From Wallemia ichthyophaga EXF-994 (lineage: Eukaryota > Fungi > Basidiomycota): a stretch of DNA of 32,000 nt. The notes under the pieces were generated by a model, which saw only the letters and a list, made by a program, of their open reading frames with translations, was not told the origin of the DNA and ran no database searches. This document shows, piece after piece, positions 1 through 10,029 of this stretch (its first letter is position 1; every line of letters starts with the position of its first letter). The position numbers and the translations under genes were made by a program. The stretch spans positions 120,001-152,000 of the forward strand of contig NW_008806285.1 of assembly GCF_000400465.1 (NCBI RefSeq), written 5' to 3'.

Positions 1-156
1 GACTTCCTCGAAGAACAGGCTGCCATGGTCAAACTCATTGACTTTGCTCATACCAGACTGACAGACGCTGACACGCCCGATATGAATATATTGGCTGGTA
101 TCGACACATTGATTGACCTAGTGTACAATTATAAAGAATACATTAATCAGTTGTAG
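1..156 (+). CDS. 3' end of an inositol polyphosphate kinase (IPK superfamily, Arg82/Ipk2/Kcs1-like); truncated by the window edge
   Basis: Frame 1 reads DFLEEQAAMVKLIDFAHTRLTDADTPDMNILAGIDTLIDLVYNYKEYINQL* (TAG 154-156). The VKLIDFAH motif followed by D-x-N-x-L-x-G-x-x-x-L is the C-terminal signature of IPK-family kinases. The subfamily cannot be resolved from this fragment. Confidence 0.72.
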   Translation, partial: DFLEEQAAMVKLIDFAHTRLTDADTPDMNILAGIDTLIDLVYNYKEYINQL

Positions 157-177
157 ACTATCTTGGTATTTGGTATA

Positions 178-2116
178 TTATTGTCTCGCTCTTGCTCTCG
201 GCGCCTTGTTTTCATCGTTAGTTTCTCTCGTCTCACTAGTTTCGGTTATGTGCAGCTTCTCAGCCAGGCCTCTGATTTTGATTGATGCGCTTCTCTTGCG
301 CTCTCTGTGATTTTTGGAGATACTGCCATACCTCTCCAATCCCCACAGCATCACTTCACTCTTCCCCACCTTGACTTTATCGAGATTGAGGCCCTGTTTT
401 TCCATCTCATTGAGAAAAATTTTGAAGTGATTCTGTGAAGCAATGTGTGTTAATTTGGTTTATTTAAGCACTCGCCCACTCGCAACTCACTATGGAAGAT
501 CTGTAATGTCCACTCAGCGGACTAAGCGCTGAAATTTGACCATTTCGCACCCTAATCAACCCCGCACTTGAGACAAGGCCGCCAGAGAGGAAGGACGAGT
601 GCTGAAAAGTCCCTGTCGATTTGATCCCAACAAACATATTATCTGGGAGGTTGCCGGCTGGTTAGATGGTCCATGGCGCATTCTAACACCCACACTGCAT
701 ATCAGACACCTGCGCAGTTCACGTCAGACATGATCCACTCTCAAACACACTCATCTTCACTTACATATATCCACGTATTCTTTCCGACAGTTTTACGCAG
801 AAGCCTATCCATGATACCACGCGCTGTGTATTTATGGTGAGTTTTGTCATCCTTCTTGTCATCTAAATCAATCATGTCATGGGCGTGTTCATATGCATCG
901 TCGCGCTCTCTCTGCGCAATCTCATCATCATCATCAGAGCTGGAGGGGGAGTCAAACGATGTCCACACGGAGCTATCTTCGCTGATAGACGACCTGTTAT
1001 CTTGTGCATGCTGCTGATACTGTTCACACTGCCCACCCTCGAAGCCTTCCTGAAGTGGTATTATCCCAGACCCATCTCCAGAATCCTGCCATCTGTCCGG
1101 AGCTGTATCCACCGCTTCACCATTTTTTGCCCAGTGCAGCAGACCTGTCAAAGGATTAGGCACTACGAGGTAGCTGTTATGTGTTAAATCGCGTTCAAAA
1201 CCACTCTAAACCCACTTCAGGCGCTGTTCAGCAGAGCAGTAAAAGATCTGCTCTTTGTCCAATCGCTCACGCGGGCATTCATCGAGATCGAGGTGGGTGC
1301 CCTCACCGTAATCGAGCCTGAGACCAGGTGAAAACGTTAGCATCAAGCACCGTCCGCCAAAAGGCACGCAACTCACCACCGGAAAAAGTTATCAGATGTA
1401 CCTGAAACCGACCATAATTTATGGTAGCATTTTAAATTAACACCATAACGATGTTTTGTGTCAATCATTTCGAGCCAGTGCTGCTCTTCTAGTCGCTTTG
1501 ATTGTTTTTCCTGTAATGCCTGCGTGGGTTTCTGGTCAGGACCTACGCGTCCCTGCAGGCGTCTTTCCACATCCCTCTTCTTGGATTTGGCTTTAGAAAT
1601 GAATTTAAGATTTAGGACCTTCTCAGCCGCTCCTTCTTTACCGCCGTTCTCTTCTTTCTTCGTAAGCATCTCTTGCACTTTCGCAGAGACTTGTTTTGGG
1701 TCTTGATCTTGGTCTTGGTATTGGTCTCTCGAGGACAGGCCATCGTGCAGGCGCGACGCGAAGAATCCAGCTCTTTGGAAACGTTCTGTCGCGCTGTTGC
1801 GCCGTGCACTCGTCTGGCTCAGCACTGCCTCCTTCATTTTGAGATCTGCAACGGGCGATAAGCTGTGCTGATACAGAGAGCAACATGCAATGTGCTTACC
1901 GGTTAAAATTTCTAAGAATGCGTCAGATACACCACACACAAAATTCCTCACCTACCTGACCATCTCGTTGCTGCTGCCAATCGCTGCTGCTGCACTTGGA
2001 TCCTATCAAGGCGACCCCTGAAAACAGCCTATAGTTGCGCTTAGAGTATCTCGAGACCCTGCTTGTGACCCCACCTGTATCTTAATCGCCGCTTGTTCTG
2101 CTTTCTCGTCGTTCAT
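178..2116 (-). CDS. IQ calmodulin-binding motif protein, IQM family (multi-exon)
   Basis: The spliced model joins ORFs 1373..1951, 741..1163 and 178..405. ATG is at 2116: MNDEKAEQAAIKIQ|AVFRGRLDR (IQ motif split by an intron). It contains HWLEMIDTKHRYGVNLKCYH, NFFRW|LDYGEG..CPRERL, KNTWIY|VSDMQ|YNMFVGIK..FQHSSFL..AG and LSPLSGHYR, all characteristic of IQM proteins. Micro-exons at 1900-1911 and 694-709; TAA at 178-180. Confidence 0.88.
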
Positions 2117-2182
2117 TTCTCCTACCTCGCTGCGGCTGCGTGAGAGTTTAATTATAGATACATGCTTTTATGTACAAAAATC

Positions 2183-3673
2183 CTAGATAAAATCTATAAA
2201 AGTACGCGTGGGATCACTCTCGTCGTGTGGTATGTACTTGGGGAACTGCACTTGCTTTGTCAGACACTCAGTTTTCTTGGCATCCACCACACTTACCCAG
2301 TGATTAGCAGCCACGTTCGGCGACACTAGCTGCTGGGGAATCTTGAGACCACCGGGCTGTGATATAGCGGCTGTCAGAGACGTGGGCGACAGCTGCCCGT
2401 TGTTCTCGCTTTTCGCCGGCTTAGAGCAGCAGCTGGGAGGAGCGTCAACCTTTGGTATGTCCAATTTGAGACTATTTGATTGAGTTGGTAGCGTGAGTGT
2501 ATTCGTACTTGCACTTGCACTTGCACTCGAGCTCGGATTACCATTCGCCTCTGCTTCGCAATTGCACGACGTGCAGCAACCGCAGCAGCTCTCCTCACAC
2601 CTGCATTCCACGCCCAAAGCCTGGCACTGGCAGCTCCCGCCACAGCATTCAGTCTCTAAGGGAGGTAGTCTCGTTATGCCCCTGTTGCGTGGATCGTAGA
2701 GCTGCTGCCAGCTCTGCAGCCCAAGTGTTCCGCCATCTACATAGCTATCGATATTGCTGCTAATACCTTGCGGCGGAAAAGGAACTAAAGAGCTAGCCTT
2801 CTGTAGAAACTCCTCCAAATTGCCGCACTCTGACTTCTTGAGCAGCTCGTGCACGTTGATCTCGTCACACCCACACGTAGCGCTCTCTTCCGGAGTATAG
2901 TTTGGTGCTTCTGCTTGGGTTTCGGTCTGTGCAGGCAGAGGAGGGTTTCTGTGAGTGAGACAGCCGGGACATGCACACGAAGGCCCACACGAGCAATGCC
3001 CAATGACGTCGGCGATAGACGGCAGCATATTAGTTACGAATGCGCGCTTCTTTTCGGAGCAGTTGCAGCGGCCGCCTACTTTGCATCTGCAGGGATTCAT
3101 CAGGCGCTCGAGTGAAATCATGCTTGGCTCGCCCTCTTTCTGTGCTTGTGGGGGGAGAAGGCTGGAGTAAGCGTCTTTCAAGCCATTAGGGTAGTGTGCT
3201 TGAGGGGGCAAGGGAGCTCTCTCGCCTTTTTTTAGTTTGCGCGGTGGTGGGCCATCCTTGCCATTACCGTTACAATTGCTCTTAGGCGCAGGTTCTTGCC
3301 GGTCCTGGCAAACGCATTTGGAGCTGCTCTGGGGAGTGTAAGGATGGTAATATCTTAGTATCCTTATCACCACGACTCACATTGCCATCCTTGCGCTGAT
3401 CCTTGCATTTGGTACACTGCGCCGGCGGTCTGCCCTTTCTCTTCACTTCAAAAAGCGGGCGATCGTCATGGGCGCACGAGGAGGATCTGTGGCCTGGTGA
3501 ACGTTAGTATGGCTGCGCTGGGCCGCTCAACTAACCCTTTATACAAGTCGCGCTGCGAAGTGTTAGCAGATAAAGACGAGGAATTTACAGACAAACCACG
3601 CCAATTTAACGCCATTTATGAAAGGCTTTGGGAAGTTAGTGAGGATACGTCGCTTGCTGATATCACTCACCAT
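2183..3673 (-). CDS. Copper-fist transcription factor (Ace1/Mac1/Cuf1 family)
   Basis: Spliced N-terminus M|PFINGVKLAC|ATCIKG|HRSSSCAHDDRPLFEVKRKGRPPAQCTKCK is a copper-fist DNA-binding domain (exons 3671-3673, 3597-3625, 3536-3552). Downstream Cys clusters include CSCGPSCACPGCLTH and CCGGSCQC..CRCEESCCGCCTSCNC. Stop TAG at 2183-2185. Confidence 0.92.
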
Positions 3674-4056
3674 CCCTGCCTATCTCAGTTTGATGTGATG
3701 ATGTGAGCGAAGAAAGAGTCAAGGCTGGATAGTATTTTGTTTATTCGCACGGCTAGCAAAGGGAATTCGAATAGCAGCTACAACAGTCTAGCGGATGTTG
3801 AAATCCATTACCCGATTACAGCCGCGAGATGGCTTTGGTATTTGAAGTGTATGCGTAGTAATAAGGGTTTTAGTCTTAATTAGACATATCTGCACTCTCT
3901 TAATCCGAACAGTCTAAAGCTCTCAAGAATTGATCATCCATCACGACGAAAATCTTCATTCCACCTCAAAAAATAAAGAAATTAAGTTATTGTTCATTGT
4001 TTCACTAATTAGATCCCCAAAAGGGAGAATACAAGGGTTAATAAGTAGTGATCGCC

Positions 4057-4432
4057 TTAGATGACAGAGATTGGAGTACAGCCCTTGAGAGTGTGTTAGA
4101 CAGTATGTTAGATCGAAGAAGCGAGTACACACCAAGTTGGCAAGTCCATTTTGGGTTTGACCGCTGCAGCAAGCAGAGGTGGTCTTACATTGGTTAGAGA
4201 TTGGTACACCAACGACGGCCGCGACTTGGTCACATTGCAATCCAACTTGGCCAGCCAATTCGTCGATACCGAGCAACTCGAGGGTAGCGGTGTCGATGGA
4301 TGAGGCATCCTTGACTTGGTTACAGCACTTGACGTTGCTGGTTGAGCAGTCGCCTGCTCTCATTTGAAGGTTCGATGCAAGGGATGCTGAGAAGAAAGCA
4401 GTGGCAGTGAGGGCGATGGTTGAGAATTGCAT
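4057..4432 (-). CDS. Class I hydrophobin
   Basis: Signal peptide MQFSTIALTATAFFSASLA, then the 8-Cys pattern C-x6-CC-..-C-..-C-x5-CC-..-C. The eighth Cys is restored by an intron (GTGTGT..CTAAC..CAAG), giving GLANL|GCTPISVI* (TAA 4057-4059). Confidence 0.95.
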
Positions 4433-4484
4433 TGTTGAAGACTTGAGTGTTATGAGTTGAAGAACTGGGATGATAATGGCACGG

Positions 4485-4492
4485 TATTTATA
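4485..4492 (-). promoter_or_regulatory. Putative TATA box (TATAAATA) of the hydrophobin gene
   Basis: Consensus TATA sequence about 53 nt upstream of the hydrophobin ATG on the coding strand. Motif match only. Confidence 0.5.
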
Positions 4493-5138
4493 CTCTCGCA
4501 GGTAAATTGAATTAATTTGTGACAATGTTTCGGCGAACTCGAACATTAGAACCTCGACTCGAATAGGAAAGTGAGACAGGAAGTATATTAAATTTGGTTC
4601 CATACGCGGTTAGCTACACTTAAGTAGTTAAATTGGGTCACAAACACGCCTAATGATGCTTACTTGATTCGCCGCTTTAAAATTGCATAAACACGTAAAT
4701 CGCAACAATGAGGAGGAGATGGCGTATGTATTGGGGTGCTACCGAACCATACAAAGTACAGACAGTGCTTCGATACTCAAAGTTAGATCAAATCGATTGC
4801 GTCAGAGGTGCTCGCACACAAGCCAACTCCCAGCGCTCACAAAGCCTCAAAACACTGTGACTTGCCAGTCTATTCACACCAAACACTTCGAGGCCCCTGT
4901 AATATAGCGACGTTGACCAAACCACATCCCAATTTAGCGACGTGAAATGAGACACAGACCTGTAGAAATGCATATGTGGACAATTTTACAAACCACTCCA
5001 CACCAACTGCACACGTGATGACAACGCCTGCTCGCTCTTAACTACCGTTAAGCGATGATGCTCGCTAAAGTGCCCTTGTCGAGCAGGCGACTATACACTC
5101 CGTTGAGCATTACGACGAGACTAATACACACTTCAAAA

Positions 5139-6712
5139 ATGACAAGTGCTCCTGTGAGTTGACTGTGCGCTACAGTCTCCGCCGCGCTGACGCCATCACA
5201 GCAACTCAGCAACGCATCACTCTGGCAAACCAAGGGATTCATAAATAACCAATGGGTCGACAGCGAAAATGGCGCTACGTTCCAAGTCACTGATCCTGGC
5301 AACGGCAACAACCTCGGCTCTGTTCCAGAGATGGGTGTCGCCGAGACACGTAGAGCCATCGATGCCGCCGGCGAGGCGTACAAGACCTTCTCCAAGACTA
5401 CGGCCAAATCCAGACAAGATCTTCTCAACAGAATCTTCGCACTTATCAGTCAGAATGCCGACGATTTGGCCAAGATTGTCACCGTTGAGAACGGTAAACC
5501 ACTAGCAGATGCCAAGGTGAGTTTGGAGTGTGTGTATGTGTGCATATCGATTTAAACTCACACGCAATCCAGGGCGAAGTCGGATATGGTAACAGCTTCT
5601 TTGAGTGGTTCGCAGGCGAAGCAGTGAGGACATACGGCGATGTAGTCCCAGCAGCCAATCCAGACCTTCGCAATATCGTTATAAAGCAACCTATCGGTGT
5701 TTGTGGCATCCTCACTCCCTGGAACTTCCCAGTCGCGATGATAACGCGCAAATTAGCACCAGCAATCGCTGCAGGTTGCACAGCTGTGATTAAAACACCA
5801 GCAGAGACTCCATACTCTGCCCTGGCTATCGCACACCTCTGTAAAGAAGCAGGTGTGCCAGCCGGTGTAGTTAACGTCATTACGACCGACAAGAATGTCG
5901 CTCAAGTCGGCAAGGAGATTTGCGAGAACGGAATCGTCAAGAAAGTGTCCTTCACAGGCTCTACACGTGTCGGTAAAATTCTCATGCAACAATCGAGCAA
6001 CACGCTGAAGAAGCTGTCATTCGAACTCGGCGGAAATGCGCCTTTCATCGTTTTCGATGATGCTGATATAGATGCCGCTGTTGCTGGTGCACTTGCATGT
6101 AAATTCAGATCATCTGGTCAGACATGCGTCTGTGCGAACAGAATCTACGTACAGTCAGCTGTTTACGCCGAATTCGCCTCTCGTCTCGCTGAGAAAGTTG
6201 ATCAGTTCAAACTCGGTTATGGACTCGACGAGGGTACGACACATGGTCCACTCATCGCTGAGAGAGCCCTTGACAAGGTGCAGGAGCATGTTGATGACGC
6301 CGTCAAGCGCGGTGCAGAGGTGCTCAGCGGTGGTAAGAAACTCGGTGGCAATTATTTCGCCCCTACCGTCCTCGCTAATGTCCCATCTGACGCTCTGGTC
6401 AACTGCGACGAGACTTTCGGCCCCCTTGCTGCACTTACCAAATTCGACACAGAAGAACAAGTCGTCAAGCTGGCTAATGATGTAAACGTCGGTTTGGCTG
6501 GATACATGTATTCGCGCGATATCGGTCGCGTATGGCGCGTGTCGGAGGCACTCGAAGTGGGCATGATCGGTGCTAACGCTCCTATTCTCTCACAAGCATG
6601 CATTCCATTCGGTGGCCAGAAGGAGAGTGGTTTCGGTAGAGAAGGTGGTAAGCAGGGCATAGAGGAGTATCAAACTACCAAGTTGATTGCTATGGGCGGT
6701 GTCACTGTGTAA
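5139..6712 (+). CDS. UGA2: Succinate-semialdehyde dehydrogenase (ALDH5/GabD-like; GABA shunt)
   Basis: MTSAP|QLSNASLWQTKGFINNQW..; second intron at about 5517-5571. Motifs TPWNFP, SFTGST, ELGGNAP (catalytic Glu), GQTCVC (catalytic Cys), ETFGP and PFGGQKESGFGREG. No mitochondrial presequence is evident. Confidence 0.93.
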
Positions 6713-6780
6713 TTTGGACTGTATAGTATATTCAACGAATGAATGTCTTTTGATAGCATAATGAAGCATGTTATTCCGTT

Positions 6781-7791
6781 TTATTCTGGTGGATATGCGT
6801 CTGCATTGGTACAGACTGACCTGCTGAGTGTCTGATCGAAGTACGGCCTGCACAAGTGCATCAGAGTGTGTAAAGCAGCATATGTGCATACTTACCCCAC
6901 GTGCGCTTCTTTGGAGCGTTGGAAGATGTTAAACTTATCAGTGCATCTGTCGTCCTCGCGCCCGATGCAGTGTGCAGCAGGTGTAGGTATATCATTTTCG
7001 TCTTGCTTGGGTATGTAGACCTCCCCTGCGTAATGCTTGTATGGCCAACCAGGGAGGTGAGGTACTTTATCATTCTGGTTTGTAACACGTGCCCTCTTAT
7101 CCAGTGGTATAGTCTTTTCCAACAATCCAGCAAACTGCTCATTGCCCACGCGAGGACTACCGAAAGTGGTCAGACGCAGATCATACCCTCGATCTTTGAC
7201 GATGCTGCTAAGGGCGACAGCTTCAATAGCCGCGCTAGCAGCACCCATGGAATGGCCTTCGAACCGCACCACACTAATCTTATCACCAAGCCTATCCATC
7301 GCTGCTATCAGTCTCTTCTTCAATTCCTCGTATGTCTTATTAACTGAGCGCAGAAACCCAGAGTGCACAGAAATTCCAGCAGAGCTGTTTACGCCCATAT
7401 CATCTAAAAGGACAGCGTCTATTGCCGTCAGGAAGAAATTAGCGTCGATAAGCACGCTAAGGAAGCTTGAGAAATTGGTGGGGGAGTGTGCTACAACCAA
7501 AGCGTTTTCTGAGTGGACATGCATCAGATATATCCACGGGTCGCGCTCGCCGTCTCCATCCGAGTAGAGAATCTCCGCACCGGCGTCACTGAGCTTGTCG
7601 CATGCAGGGCCACAGTCAAAGGCAGTCACAGCACGACTTCCACAGGACACAGCACCCGATACGACCGCTGAGGAGATGTAGCGGGCAGCTTGCTCGTCTG
7701 TTACGGGAGAGAGCTCTTGCTGACGGGCGATGAGCGCGGGAACAGCAGCAGCCCAAGCGCAGAGAGCGAGTAATAGAAGTACCAGCCTCAT
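6781..7791 (-). CDS. Secreted class 3 (fungal/Rhizomucor-type) lipase
   Basis: Signal peptide MRLVLLLLALCAWAAA; VHSGF, GHSMG nucleophile elbow, TFGSPRVGN, RVTNQNDKVPHLP (Asp) and AHVG|PYF (His). The last exon follows a GTAAGT..GCAG intron and ends at TAA 6781-6783. Confidence 0.92.
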
Positions 7792-8056
7792 ACAGGAAGT
7801 TTAGGTTTTGATTAAAGAGCTTTGATTTAGTCTAGATAAGCCGGTCTGCATGCCTAAGTGCATTCTTCGCAGCATAGGACACTAGCGGAAGAGGAAGCGG
7901 GATATGTACAGAATGGCTACAAGTACAACACACACAAAAAGATACAGCGATTTATGAAATCACGTTATGTCATTTGCTCAATTTTAACTTTGGTCTGAGG
8001 AGCAACTAAAATTTCTTCCCACTCGAACGTCAACGTCCAGTCAAACGATAACTAAA

Positions 8057-9959
8057 ATGGCTCCACTGTCAGCATCAAAGGCTAAGAGACAGCAAGATAA
8101 GGAGGCTAAGGCTGCCGCCAAAGGACAATCCACCACCAAGTCCTCAAAGTCTGGCACTGATTCTACTGGGATTACTGATGGTAGCGATGTAAAGAAGCTC
8201 TCCGTAGCTGCTGATAGGTCGGTCTGGAATGCTTAGCCACTCTCCGTCTAACACCTTCCACAGATCCACTGCTGGTGTTCTCGTTTCTGATCCAAAGGGA
8301 CGTGACGTTAAGCTTGATGGTTTCACTCTCTCTTTCCACGGACGTCTTCTCATTGAATCCGCTGAAGTTTCCCTCAACTACGGTCAACGTTATGGTCTTC
8401 TTGGTGAAAACGGCTCCGGTAAAACTACCTTCCTGGAAGCATTGGCAGAGCGTGATATCGAAATCCCTGAGCACATTGATATTCACTTGGTAGCAGGTGA
8501 GGCTGACCCTAGTGATGTTAACGCTATGGACTTCATTATCGCATCCGCAAAGGAGAAGGTCGCACGTCTTGAGCAACAGATCGAAGATATGTCCACTGAG
8601 GACAATGTCGATGAATTGGCTTTGGAGTCAAAGATGGAGGAACTTGATGAACTTGACCCATCAACTTTCGAAGCTAGAGCTGGTCTCATTCTTACCGGTC
8701 TTGGTTTCTCTCTTCAAATGATGAACAAACCAACCAAGGATATGTCTGGTGGTTGGAGAATGCGTGTTACTCTCGCCCGTGCTCTTTTCATCAAACCTCA
8801 CTTACTCTTGCTCGATGAGCCAACTAACCACTTGGATTTGGAAGCCGTCGTTTGGCTTGAAGCTTATCTCTCTACTTACAACCACATTCTTGTCATCACT
8901 TCTCACTCTGCTGATTTCATGGACAGTGTCTGTACCAACATCATGGATCTCACCAACAAGCGTAAACTCCAATACTACGGTGGTAACTACTCCATCTACT
9001 GCCGTACCAAGGCTGAAAATGAAACAAACCAAATGAAAGCATACGCTAAGCAGCAAGAAGAAATTCAGCACATTAAGAAGTTCATTGCTTCTGCTGGTAC
9101 TTATGCTAACTTGGTTAGACAAGCTAAGTCTAAGCAAAAGATTATCGATAAGATGGAGGCTGCTGGTTTAATTGAACCTGTCTCTCAAGCAAGACCATTG
9201 AGATTCAACTTTGAAGACATTAGAAAATTACCACCACCAATTATTGCATTCAATGATGTCGCATTCTCTTACTCTGGTAAACCTGAAGACTACCTCTACA
9301 AAGATCTCTCATTCGGTATTGATATGGACTCACGTATCGCTATCGTTGGTCAGAATGGTACTGGTAAATCTACTCTTTTAAACCTCATCACTGGTCACCT
9401 CCAATCTGTCGATGGTACCGTGTCAAGACACGCAGGTTTGAAGCTTGGTAAATACTCTCAACACTCTGCTGATCAACTTCCATACGACAAGACTCCTGTT
9501 GAACACTTGGAGGCATCTTACAAGGAGAAATTCCCTAACAAAGATTATCAATTCTGGCGTTCTCAGCTTGGTAGATTCGGTATTTCAGGTGCACACCAAA
9601 CAGCTCCAATTGCTCACTTGTCTGATGGTTTGAGAAACCGTGTCGTTTTCTCCATGTTGGCTATGGATCAACCTCACATTCTTCTCCTCGATGAGCCTAC
9701 TAACCACTTGGATATGGAATCTATCGATGCTCTTGCACTTGCAGTCAAGGAATTTGAAGGTGGTGTAGTTATTGTCTCTCACGACTTCAGATTGATTTCT
9801 CAAGTCGCTGAAGAATTATGGGAAGTTAAGGATCGCAAGATCTACAACCTTTCTAAGTCCGAAATTGACATTCAACAATACAAGTCTATGCTTCAAAAGA
9901 AATCTGAAGTTTCACTTGAGAAGGCTAAGCTTGGTGGTGCAGGTAAAACCAAGGCTTAG
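8057..9959 (+). CDS. ARB1: ABC-F family ATPase (Arb1/ABCF2), ribosome-associated
   Basis: ATG 8057 (MAPLSASKAKRQ..DR|STAGVLVSDPK) with one intron. Two nucleotide-binding domains (GENGSGKT/MSGGW/LLLLDEPT and GQNGTGKS/LSDG/LLLDEPT) and no transmembrane segments. The RDVKLDGFTLSFHGRLLI N-terminus matches the ABCF2 group. Confidence 0.95.
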
Positions 9960-10029
9960 ATTTGCATTACATTATAAAACTTCTAGCAGCTATTTTTATA
10001 TTAATTTCTTTCTCATTCATATTATGTAC

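Noticed and set aside
3956-4603. 215-aa ORF as the hydrophobin product
   Set aside because: The upstream extension precedes a clear signal peptide at ATG 4432, and the tail reads through an intron. The spliced form restores the eighth Cys.
2183-7791. Copper factor, hydrophobin, SSADH and lipase as a functional gene cluster
   Set aside because: No shared pathway, no biosynthetic core enzyme and no shared motif. Adjacency is expected at this gene density.
7973-7980. Mac1-type copper response element TTTGCTCA (also at about 43-50 and 13184)
   Set aside because: Single copies, one inside a CDS, and not next to copper-related targets. Consistent with chance for an 8-mer.
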